From an uncultured virus (IMG/VR IMGVR_UViG_3300024059_000003) (Duplodnaviria > Heunggongvirae > Uroviricota > Caudoviricetes): 64,000 bases of DNA. Below are positions 50,484 to 58,896 of the stretch, in pieces (within the stretch, counting starts at the first letter, position 1; each line of letters opens with the position of its first letter). The notes below the pieces were generated by a model, which was not told the DNA's origin, did not search any database, and saw nothing but the letters and a program-made list of their open reading frames with translations. The translations under genes and the position numbers were made by a program. The stretch spans positions 1 through 64,000 of IMG/VR virus record IMGVR_UViG_3300024059_000003, one strand, 5' to 3'.

Positions 50484-53258
50484 TTATGCTGGTACTGACC
50501 CTGCACTAAATTTAGTAAATATTGTTCTTACACCAGGCGTAGATGTAGTAGTGGTAGTTGTTGTTGATATATCAGGATCTGTTGTAGTAGTGGTAGTTGT
50601 ACCAACTATAGCAAATCCATCATTTGTTCTACATAATGGTAAACTTCCTGAACTTCCACCAAAGTATTCAGATTCGTTTGCTACTTCTTCCCAAACATGT
50701 GTTTGTAGATTAACTCTATATAATCTATAAAATCTAAAAACTCCTTCTGTATTACTACCTAAAGTTACATATAAATAATCATCAACTACAGCCATGTCTC
50801 CACCACTGTTCCAATTACCAACTGGTCCTGGAATCTCTACTTCTAGATTACCTGTGTCATAATCAAACTGAGCAAGTATATATGGTTGAGTTCCATAATC
50901 AGATTTGACTGCTATAAATTTATTTGGTGTTCCATCTTCTTTAAGGGTAACCACATGTTCACCAGAACCATTAAATGGTTCAGGTATAAGGAATTTAAGT
51001 GTAACTGCTAATGTTGTAGATCCCTCTACAAATTCAGCTTCAAACACTTGTTGACCTCCTCCATCAAAGGAAGAGATACCGTACGATAGTACCATTAAGT
51101 TGTCATTAACCGTACTTACTCCAAAGTAAGTAGGAGGAAATATATTAGGTAACTCACTTTGATTTATAGTATAAAGTATACCCTCCCATGTAAAGTTTGA
51201 AGGTGTACCACTTGGTAATGTGGTATCATAACTCCATCTTGTAAATTGTGAAATTGCATCTCCTTCTGCATCTTTATTGTTAACTTGACCAATAAAATAA
51301 TTATTAGTAATATCTGAATTAGGTAGTTGGAAATAGCTACCTCCTGGAAGAGCAATTTCCTCTATGGTATTTGTTACAATATTTTGTGAATAAACTCTAT
51401 TATAGCTTCCCTTCAAATTCTCAGGGGCACATATTCCATCACTACAGCTCTCTGTAACGTTACGAGTAAATATTCTTGAGCAACTTAAAGGAGGAGTGAC
51501 ACAACCAAGCAGAATTGGTCCCCCAGTTGGTGCATTACCGGATATAGTTATAACAGTAAAGTTGGTAGGAGTTGTTACAATAAACTCTCCATCACCTTCT
51601 GTATTGTAATCTGGCACACCTCCACCTATTCTATTTCCTTGTACTTGTACATTACATCCATTACTTATTGATATAGAAGGTGTTCCTGCATTTGTAGTAA
51701 TTTCATAAACGTCCCCAGCACTAAAGTCAGGTTGAGTATTAAGTACAGCAGCTCTAATAGGAAGATTATTAATAGGACTTTCAAAAGTTAGAGTAATATT
51801 AAAATCATTACCTTGAACAGTTTTTAACTTATTAGTTGCAGCTGGATTAGATAATCCACTACATCCGCCATTAGGCACACCTCCAACTGGATCTCCTGGT
51901 AGTAATGCTAAGTAGTTATCGTCAGCAGTAGCTGTAACCTGAATTCCCTGATATGTAAAAGTAACAGGCCCAATGTAGAAGAGGTTATTTCTATCATCTC
52001 GTTCAGTTAGTGCAGGTATCCAAGTAGCCTCACAATCAGGATCTGTTAATTTAATACCAACATTTGCACAACCAGTTGATGTATGTATCCAAACACTATC
52101 GTCAGCCACTGTAGTTTCTAATGTAGCATTATATGGTGCTGTTTGACTTATGTTATATACTTCAAGTGTTTCTGGTTGAATTACTTGTATTAATCCATTT
52201 ACACCCCATACAGGCATAGCTTTAGTTGAACCAGTCCATGTAGATGTAAATTCAGGAACACCAGAATTCTGTAAGTTGATTATAGGAGTGAGAGGATTTG
52301 GCGACCAACTACCAGAAGAAGGTAAACCTGGATATTGTTTAATTCGATTTGAGGCATTGAAATCACTTTGGTTTTCATAATATCTACTAGAAAGAATAAC
52401 ATCACCATCATTAGTAATAAACATACCTGTAAGCTCTGTTGTGTGTCCAGAGGCATTACCAAAGCTAACAGTGGCTTCATCACTATTATTAGATTCAGTT
52501 AATTCAATATCTCCAACTGTAGAAATGTCCCATTCGTAAACACCCATAGCAACATTTCCATTAAATCTATCACTAAACCCTACAAGTAATGTGTTATTAT
52601 CAGAGGTTGTAGCTATTGTAGATATTTTAGTTCCCCATATACTTTTGTAATTAAGTGAACTTACAGCAATCGTTATTTCTCTAACATAAGATAAAGTTGG
52701 TACAGGACCAGATATAACTATGTCCCACTCTCTAATGTATGCCACTGTATTATCAGTTGTAACACTAGCCAACCATAACTTATCTTCTGTAGAGCAGATA
52801 GGTCTGTTGATTCCTACAGTAGTTGTAAAGTCATTAGGTACAAGCACAGGACTTGAGGAATTAGTATTAAAGTCATATACAGCTATTTCTCCAGGGTTAC
52901 CTCCATAAGTTGACCATGTACATGGTGAGAATGCTGGATAATTAGTACTTGTTGTAGTACTTGTTGATGATGACGTGGTTGTTGTTGTTGTAACATCACA
53001 AAGAATAGATCCAGAAAAATCGCAATTTGGTATAGCACAAGAATAAATATCTGTTGTATTAGGTGTACACAATGCACCTAAGTCCAACAGTCTAACAGTT
53101 ATAGTTCCATCAGGGGCTAATGATGTTTCATACCCAGACAATAGATCCGCTTTAGTCACACCTGTCTCAAATGGAGTAGTAAACCCATCTACGTTCGAGT
53201 ATAGATCAAAAGGACCTGTATCTGCACCTGCAAAACTTAATGTTATTATTATTGTCAT
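50484..53258 (-). CDS. 'GPF' domain modular protein with two propeller-like regions and Thr linkers (924 aa)
   Basis: AGADTGPFDLYSNVDGFTTPFE; beta-rich regions resembling the muzzle extension. Confidence 0.7.
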   Translation of the reverse strand: MTIIITLSFAGADTGPFDLYSNVDGFTTPFETGVTKADLLSGYETSLAPDGTITVRLLDLGALCTPNTTDIYSCAIPNCDFSGSILCDVTTTTTTSSSTSTTTSTNYPAFSPCTWSTYGGNPGEIAVYDFNTNSSSPVLVPNDFTTTVGINRPICSTEDKLWLASVTTDNTVAYIREWDIVISGPVPTLSYVREITIAVSSLNYKSIWGTKISTIATTSDNNTLLVGFSDRFNGNVAMGVYEWDISTVGDIELTESNNSDEATVSFGNASGHTTELTGMFITNDGDVILSSRYYENQSDFNASNRIKQYPGLPSSGSWSPNPLTPIINLQNSGVPEFTSTWTGSTKAMPVWGVNGLIQVIQPETLEVYNISQTAPYNATLETTVADDSVWIHTSTGCANVGIKLTDPDCEATWIPALTERDDRNNLFYIGPVTFTYQGIQVTATADDNYLALLPGDPVGGVPNGGCSGLSNPAATNKLKTVQGNDFNITLTFESPINNLPIRAAVLNTQPDFSAGDVYEITTNAGTPSISISNGCNVQVQGNRIGGGVPDYNTEGDGEFIVTTPTNFTVITISGNAPTGGPILLGCVTPPLSCSRIFTRNVTESCSDGICAPENLKGSYNRVYSQNIVTNTIEEIALPGGSYFQLPNSDITNNYFIGQVNNKDAEGDAISQFTRWSYDTTLPSGTPSNFTWEGILYTINQSELPNIFPPTYFGVSTVNDNLMVLSYGISSFDGGGQQVFEAEFVEGSTTLAVTLKFLIPEPFNGSGEHVVTLKEDGTPNKFIAVKSDYGTQPYILAQFDYDTGNLEVEIPGPVGNWNSGGDMAVVDDYLYVTLGSNTEGVFRFYRLYRVNLQTHVWEEVANESEYFGGSSGSLPLCRTNDGFAIVGTTTTTTTDPDISTTTTTTTSTPGVRTIFTKFSAGSVPA

Positions 53259-53282
53259 CTTTATCTACAATTTTTGATTTTA

Positions 53283-55028
53283 CTAAACTCCATATCCAAA
53301 GCTTATTAATGTATTTCTTATTTCATCATACCAGTACTGCTCTGGGTTAGCAGGATTATTATCTAGATCCTCTGACCATGCAAATCTTGTAGGACTTGCA
53401 CTTGGGTAGTTTATTAGATTATCTGTAGAACTGTTGTAAGCACTAGCAGGAACATTACCAATACTTGCAACTACAGCTACACCATTATTTCCTGCATTAA
53501 GAAGTCCTTCAGGTGAAACTAGAGGTTTTATTGTTGAATCTGTATATATAGGTGTAGCTTCAGGATGGAAAAACTTAGCTCTATATATATTAGTGTTTCC
53601 TGCTGCAGCTTCTATATTCGTAACAAAAGTTCTTACACTTGATATATCATCTACTATTCTTGAATTTGTTTGACTCGCTCGAGTTGACCAGGCAGGTCCT
53701 GAACTTCCGAACTTACCATCCATATTATATCCTATACCTGACTCATCACCAAATGCCATAATTACTAAATTATCTGCATCAGGAAAATATCCTGTTGGGC
53801 CTATAGTGTCCCCAAAACCTTTGTTTGAGAGCATTTGAATTTGTCTCTCTTCACCACTGTGACACCAGTATACACGAGCTTCAAACTCATCACTACCGTT
53901 AGTAGCTCTGTCTGTATTTCCACTTGCTTCAGTTCCACCTGTTGCATAAAAATCTTGAAGTAAGTTTCTTAAATTAGATGGGTTTTGGTAATCAGTAGTT
54001 TTCTGAGCATCTGTTAAATTAAAAGTAATAATACCATTAGGTCCCTGGAGAATGTCCGCTGTTGTTGCAACAGGGCTTCCATTAATGTCTACAAGATTAA
54101 ATGTGATAACATTTGATCCTGTAGCAATAAAAGTTCCTGCAGGTATTGCAGGATGTATAGCTTCCATACCAGGTACAAGACATAAATATGCCTTACTTGT
54201 AGTGTCTCCACTAACAGCTGACACAGTAACTTTATTAGCCTGATTACCTTGTGATAGTTGGATTGTTGTTGATCCTGCTGTTAAACTAGGTGAAACTAGA
54301 CACTTTACACCTGTAACACTAGCTATTTGTGCTGTCACTGAAATTGTATCATCCATAGAACCTGAAACATCACTCCAGAAAGTAAAGTATGAGTTTCCTG
54401 TGACTTTTATTAGAGTAGTAGTAGTTGTAGTGGTAATAGGATTGGTAGTGGTAGTTGTTGTTGTGCTTGACGTACTTGTACTAGTTGTACTAGTTGTACT
54501 AGTTGTACTAGTTGTACTTGTACTTGTACTTGTACTAGTAGAACTAGTTGTGGTAGTAGTTGGTGTTGTAAAACATCCTTCCACTCTACAGTCTGGATAG
54601 ATTGTACTAGTTGTAGTAGTAGTTGATGATGTACTAGTTGTAGTAGTACTAGTAGTACTAGAGGTACTAGTTGTAGTTGTTGTTGGATTAGGACAAGGTT
54701 TGATTGCACATGTAGTTATTTCACATACAGTTGGTTCGTTACAGAATGGTACACAACCAGCTGTAAGACGTATTACCTTACTTGCAATGTCTTCTGTAGA
54801 TACACTGTTGCAACCTTTTGCATAATGACTGTCACAAAATCTATGTTGTAATATACGTTTATAGACTAACAGTTCTGAAATCTCACTAACAGCTATGGGT
54901 CTGTTTAACATAAATACAATATTGTTGTATAAGTTATTCCCTAGCTCTGCAAGTTTACAGTCTATTTTTCGTAATAGATCAGGAATGTTTGCACACTCCT
55001 TACAATTCGTTAGTCTTGGTGAGATCAT
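53283..55028 (-). CDS. Cys-rich helical N-terminus, Thr/Ser linkers and vWA-like domain (581 aa)
   Basis: FWSDVSGSM (DxSxS MIDAS-like) and later LVIMAFGDE. Confidence 0.6.
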   Translation of the reverse strand: MISPRLTNCKECANIPDLLRKIDCKLAELGNNLYNNIVFMLNRPIAVSEISELLVYKRILQHRFCDSHYAKGCNSVSTEDIASKVIRLTAGCVPFCNEPTVCEITTCAIKPCPNPTTTTTSTSSTTSTTTTSTSSTTTTTSTIYPDCRVEGCFTTPTTTTTSSTSTSTSTSTTSTTSTTSTTSTSTSSTTTTTTTNPITTTTTTTLIKVTGNSYFTFWSDVSGSMDDTISVTAQIASVTGVKCLVSPSLTAGSTTIQLSQGNQANKVTVSAVSGDTTSKAYLCLVPGMEAIHPAIPAGTFIATGSNVITFNLVDINGSPVATTADILQGPNGIITFNLTDAQKTTDYQNPSNLRNLLQDFYATGGTEASGNTDRATNGSDEFEARVYWCHSGEERQIQMLSNKGFGDTIGPTGYFPDADNLVIMAFGDESGIGYNMDGKFGSSGPAWSTRASQTNSRIVDDISSVRTFVTNIEAAAGNTNIYRAKFFHPEATPIYTDSTIKPLVSPEGLLNAGNNGVAVVASIGNVPASAYNSSTDNLINYPSASPTRFAWSEDLDNNPANPEQYWYDEIRNTLISFGYGV

Positions 55029-55033
55029 ATGTC

Positions 55034-55144
55034 TTACTTTTTACCTTGCTGTTTTTCTAACTTAGCTTTACAGGTAGCACATAGACCATTTGAAAGTCTA
55101 CAGCCACATCCCACTTTTGCTCCACATCCTGCACACTGTGCCAT
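55034..55144 (-). CDS. 36-aa Cys-rich peptide (MAQCAGCGAKVGCGCRLSNGLCATCKAK...)
   Basis: ATG-TAA ORF filling the gap between co-oriented genes; CxxC, CxC, CxxC. Confidence 0.65.
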   Translation of the reverse strand: MAQCAGCGAKVGCGCRLSNGLCATCKAKLEKQQGKK

Positions 55145-55146
55145 AA

Positions 55147-55713
55147 TTAAATAAAGTTTATTTGGTAGTTGTTTCCAGTACAACCACAATTTGATTTTAT
55201 AAATGTATCAAGCATATTACTAGCTTGATTGTATAGTTTTAAAGCTTCTTTCTCAGCACAGTTATTAGCAGCAGCTAATGACCCTTGAATAAAGAAGTTA
55301 ATTGTATTTAAAGTAACGTTAGACTGTGTTCTCAGAGCACTGTCACACTCCATCATATTTAACTTTAAAAACGCATCGTCAAACTTTTGTTGAAGTTTAT
55401 CAATACGCATTATAGTCTTTTCTACATAATTCTTGTAGGCAGGTGCCACAGAGTATTTCAGATAGTATATACCATCTGGAATAGGTTGTTTGCATCCAGC
55501 TTCAGTAATTCCTAAAGTATCTGACGCAAAAATATTTGTTTCTAAAGGTTTGAAAGGTAAGACTTTTGTTCCAAATCCAGGTATCTCTATTTCAATCGTA
55601 GGTGATGAGACCAACGGTGGATCATCTGGATACACTGATGCATCAGTAACTGCTAATAAATTAACACTATAACTAGGAGGAACAATAATATCTAACTGTA
55701 AAATAGCTGACAT
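55147..55713 (-). CDS. Putative structural protein, possibly tail hub (188 aa)
   Basis: IPDGIYYLKYS beta domain plus helical C-terminus; synteny after the auxiliary capsid gene. Confidence 0.5.
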   Translation of the reverse strand: MSAILQLDIIVPPSYSVNLLAVTDASVYPDDPPLVSSPTIEIEIPGFGTKVLPFKPLETNIFASDTLGITEAGCKQPIPDGIYYLKYSVAPAYKNYVEKTIMRIDKLQQKFDDAFLKLNMMECDSALRTQSNVTLNTINFFIQGSLAAANNCAEKEALKLYNQASNMLDTFIKSNCGCTGNNYQINFI

Positions 55714-55724
55714 AAGAATTATTT

Positions 55725-55773
55725 AAAAAAAATACCAGAGGATTGAGTATTTAATCCTCTCACCTCTGGTATT
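55725..55773 (-). terminator. Intrinsic terminator after the auxiliary capsid gene
   Basis: ATACCAGAGG...CCTCTGGTAT stem followed by a T run of 7-8 nt. Confidence 0.75.
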
Positions 55774-55806
55774 ATAGGTTAGTATTGTTTTATGTAACTC
55801 TGTTTA

Positions 55807-56946
55807 TTAGGCAGTAGTGGTTGTAGTTGTAGTTGTAATACAAACATTATTATCAACAACAGTTCCAAGAGCAGCCACTAGGACAGCAGATACAGCTGTA
55901 GATAGTCCAGCAGAAGAATCTTCATTAGGTACAGCAATTATTACAATATTGTCCATGTGGATATAATCACCCCATTGGTAAGCAGCTTTGTCATATTCAT
56001 TGAATCTGATTGTGTAGCTATCGTACACAGCTCCATCAGTTACATAAGACTCAAAGTTCTCATTGTAACCACCCATTCTATAAAGAGATTTTAAATACCC
56101 AGCTTGGTAGCTATAGTAGTTAATTTCTGCTTGCTTCCATTCAGTAGATAATCCTGAAGGGTAAGTAGAATTTTGGATGATAGAAGAAGTTGCAACAATG
56201 TTACATGCATCAGCTACGATAAAGTCAGCAGTAGTAGCTGGTCCTTCGTATACAAATGCATTAAAATACATTCTGTCATATTCAAATGGGAATGCAGCGA
56301 TATCACATGGTTGACCATATTGTGTTAATGGTTTTCCGTGGATTCTAAGTTTAGTTCCACCTACATTTTCAAAAGTATAGAAACTGCTGAAAGAAATATT
56401 GTCTGGATTGTTACCAGGAGCTTTCTTGTTAAAAGCAGCAATAAGTGAATTGATTAATGCATTAGTGTCAACATCAGTACATACATCACCACCACACTCA
56501 CAACATGGAGCTTGGACAGTTACCGAACGTGTAAATCCGTTGAAGTATAACGTATTAATATAATTTGAAAAAGCTCTAAGCGTTACAGTTAGTATTTCAC
56601 CACATTGTACTTTGAAGTCTGTGATGTCAGTAATCTGATTAGCTGCAGTTGCACAACCAGAAACTTTATACCATTCTGTTACGTTAGAGTTACAAGATGC
56701 ACCAGCTGTTGGGCATCCTTTAATTTTGTCAGATCTTTTAGATCCTTGCAAATAAGTATTTGCTCTACCTTGTGCGACATAGAAATATGGTGAAGCAGCA
56801 ATATCTGAAGCATCAACTGCTGCATATGTATTGCTAAAAAAACCAACTTCACCAGCGGTCAAGTCTTGGGTAGATTTCGAACCAGAGCTAGGTATTGTAG
56901 AACCTACTGGCACCACGAATAACGTGGTTAATGCGAATGTACTCAT
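55807..56946 (-). CDS. Probable auxiliary capsid / decoration protein with terminal poly-Thr (379 aa)
   Basis: Synteny in the capsid module, followed by a terminator; ends CITTTTTTTTA. Confidence 0.6.
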   Translation of the reverse strand: MSTFALTTLFVVPVGSTIPSSGSKSTQDLTAGEVGFFSNTYAAVDASDIAASPYFYVAQGRANTYLQGSKRSDKIKGCPTAGASCNSNVTEWYKVSGCATAANQITDITDFKVQCGEILTVTLRAFSNYINTLYFNGFTRSVTVQAPCCECGGDVCTDVDTNALINSLIAAFNKKAPGNNPDNISFSSFYTFENVGGTKLRIHGKPLTQYGQPCDIAAFPFEYDRMYFNAFVYEGPATTADFIVADACNIVATSSIIQNSTYPSGLSTEWKQAEINYYSYQAGYLKSLYRMGGYNENFESYVTDGAVYDSYTIRFNEYDKAAYQWGDYIHMDNIVIIAVPNEDSSAGLSTAVSAVLVAALGTVVDNNVCITTTTTTTTA

Positions 56947-56974
56947 AATTTAATTTATATTTAAGGGTTAATAA

Positions 56975-57706
56975 TTATTCATTTGTTTGAATTCTAAATT
57001 GTGCACTTTGTACAGCAGCAGCATTCTCTGTGTACATAGCTAGATTCTGAACTGTTAAATCTACAACTTCATCCTCTAGATATTCTTCTAGTTCACAATT
57101 TACGTCTGTAGATGGTGTACCATCTAACATAATATATCCTGATTTATTTATATATACAGGATATCTCATATACATTATATATATCATTGTGGGGGTAAAT
57201 GTACCGTCCGTATAGACACTTAGACTATTAGAAGACAATGAATTCATTGTTTCCTGATACTCAAAGCTTGGTTTATAATGATCATTGTTAAGTAATAAGG
57301 AGATGTCTCCATGTTTACTTAGATCTTTATTAATCCAAATCTTACGATCTTTGCATCTTCCTTTATCAGCTAGCAAATAACTATCTACATAGAACATGTA
57401 TTTAGGCTTGAGTTGTGTAAGGTCAGCATCCCACTGATGTAATTGTGTATTAGTTTCTACTAATTGTAATGGTTGATTTGTAAAATCTACAACCAAGTTT
57501 TGTAAATCCTCATACCTTTTTTTAAACGCATCAAAACCTAACCTGTTAGGAATTGGAAAACCATCAACTTTTTGTTTTATCAACTTAATCTGAGCTTCAT
57601 TCAAACTCAAGATTTTGTCTTCTAGTGCAATTTGTTGATGCTCGTTAGTTGATAGTTTATTTAGTTTTTGATCAATCTTATATAATAAACTATCGACTGG
57701 TATCAT
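56975..57706 (-). CDS. Putative head-tail ring protein (243 aa)
   Basis: LNEAQ..IK, KR..DLQ.LV, Y.RYP and CEL...L..E.VD motifs typical of crAss-like ring proteins. Confidence 0.65.
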   Translation of the reverse strand: MIPVDSLLYKIDQKLNKLSTNEHQQIALEDKILSLNEAQIKLIKQKVDGFPIPNRLGFDAFKKRYEDLQNLVVDFTNQPLQLVETNTQLHQWDADLTQLKPKYMFYVDSYLLADKGRCKDRKIWINKDLSKHGDISLLLNNDHYKPSFEYQETMNSLSSNSLSVYTDGTFTPTMIYIMYMRYPVYINKSGYIMLDGTPSTDVNCELEEYLEDEVVDLTVQNLAMYTENAAAVQSAQFRIQTNE

Positions 57707-57736
57707 ATTTAACTAGTTTTATAAAAAACTAGCTAC

Positions 57737-58705
57737 TTATACTGCAGCTAGTTTCTTAGATTTTAATTTCTTTTCGAGTACTAGTAAGTCATCTTGGTGA
57801 TCTTCATCAATTAGATACTTAACTAATTCATCTTCATCCATTGCTACTTCATACTCTCCTTCGTATATCTTACCGCTCGGTTTGATTCTATAGATAGAAT
57901 GTTGAATAGCTTGTTTAACTAAATCTTTAATATGTAGTAAATTATCTTTCATGTCTGCAAATCTGCCAAACACTTCTACAGGATTTAATCCTTTGAAAGA
58001 ACCACTTTTAACTTCAGATTGTTTTAACATGTTATCAACTAAATTATAAACAACTTCCTCTTTGGAATCTGATGTAACTGGTAATCCGAGTAGTCTTGCA
58101 ACTTTTCTCTTCTTCTCCATACTCATGCCATCGAACTTAATGATAGCTTTATTAATTTGTTGTTTCTTTTTATAAACTATTTGACTTTCAATCTCATCAT
58201 TTACAACATAAAACTGTGTATCTGCTGGAAACTCACCTCTTTCCCATGCTTGGTAAGAAGATGCAATAGTTGGATGCACTCTTAACCATGAAAAAGAAAG
58301 TTCTTGAATAGGTACAGTTAAATCGTAAAGATTATCTCCATCTAAAAGTTTAATTGCTTTTACATGTAAGAGATCTTGTGATCCACTTGATAGTCCGTAG
58401 TTCCAAAACTTTGATCTTGGTCCTAAATCTATATCTCCTAGAGCAGCTTGAAGTTTATCTTTAAGCTCAGTAACTCTCTCTATCTCCAGTTCTTTTTCAA
58501 GAGGATCTTGAATCCTTTTAATATACCCAGCTTCAGGATCTAAACCTGTTCGGTACTTACCATCTAATTCCTTGTAAGGGTACTTAAATACCCCTGTTCC
58601 AGGAATCCTTGTCATACCTTGTTTAGATAGACCACTTTGAAGGGTCTGTAGTTGACTGCTATTATACTCTTTCTTAATCGTAGAGATTTTTCCTAATTTA
58701 CCCAT
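57737..58705 (-). CDS. Conserved capsid-module protein downstream of MCP (322 aa)
   Basis: Synteny; long ORF with TGL, FW and HPTIA motifs. Confidence 0.55.
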   Translation of the reverse strand: MGKLGKISTIKKEYNSSQLQTLQSGLSKQGMTRIPGTGVFKYPYKELDGKYRTGLDPEAGYIKRIQDPLEKELEIERVTELKDKLQAALGDIDLGPRSKFWNYGLSSGSQDLLHVKAIKLLDGDNLYDLTVPIQELSFSWLRVHPTIASSYQAWERGEFPADTQFYVVNDEIESQIVYKKKQQINKAIIKFDGMSMEKKRKVARLLGLPVTSDSKEEVVYNLVDNMLKQSEVKSGSFKGLNPVEVFGRFADMKDNLLHIKDLVKQAIQHSIYRIKPSGKIYEGEYEVAMDEDELVKYLIDEDHQDDLLVLEKKLKSKKLAAV

Positions 58706-58750
58706 AATGTAGTTTAATTAATTATTCTTTTTGGTTTTATTTTACTTAGT

Positions 58751-58886
58751 AGAGTGATCCAATTGAATGGGTAGAAACTTAATTCGTCACTCTGATTGAG
58801 AAGCCTGTCCCCTCTGAGGAGGGACAGTGTGGGTGAGGGGACTACTTCTCTGTGAAGGGTGAGTATTACGCTAGCAATAAGTCACC
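58751..58886 (-). ncRNA. Putative structured RNA element in the MCP 3' intergenic region
   Basis: Three consecutive stems (GGTGA/TCACC, GAGAAG/CTTCTC enclosing CTGTCCC/GGGACAG, AGAGTGA/TCACTCT); GC-rich relative to flanks. Confidence 0.45.
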
Positions 58887-58896
58887 TATTCTGTTT

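Noticed and set aside
44884..50484. In-frame gene junctions (TAA-GAT-ATG at 44888, TAG plus 8 sense codons to the ATG at 46601, TAA plus 3 codons at 50484) suggesting read-through fusions
   Set aside because: The fraction of in-frame junctions is compatible with chance, the spacers look like ordinary AT-rich initiation regions, and no suppressor tRNA is visible; junction peptides by MS would be needed
44505..54709. Poly-Val plus-strand ORFs and poly-Asn/Gln/Leu off-frame ORFs
   Set aside because: Shadows of (ACN)n poly-Thr tracts
42493..55028. Diversity-generating retroelement or invertible cassette acting on fibre genes
   Set aside because: No reverse transcriptase or recombinase in the window, all genes are co-oriented, and I saw no near-identical nucleotide repeat pair differing at adenines
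58751..58886. tRNA gene
   Set aside because: No cloverleaf, T-loop GTTC motif or acceptor-stem geometry
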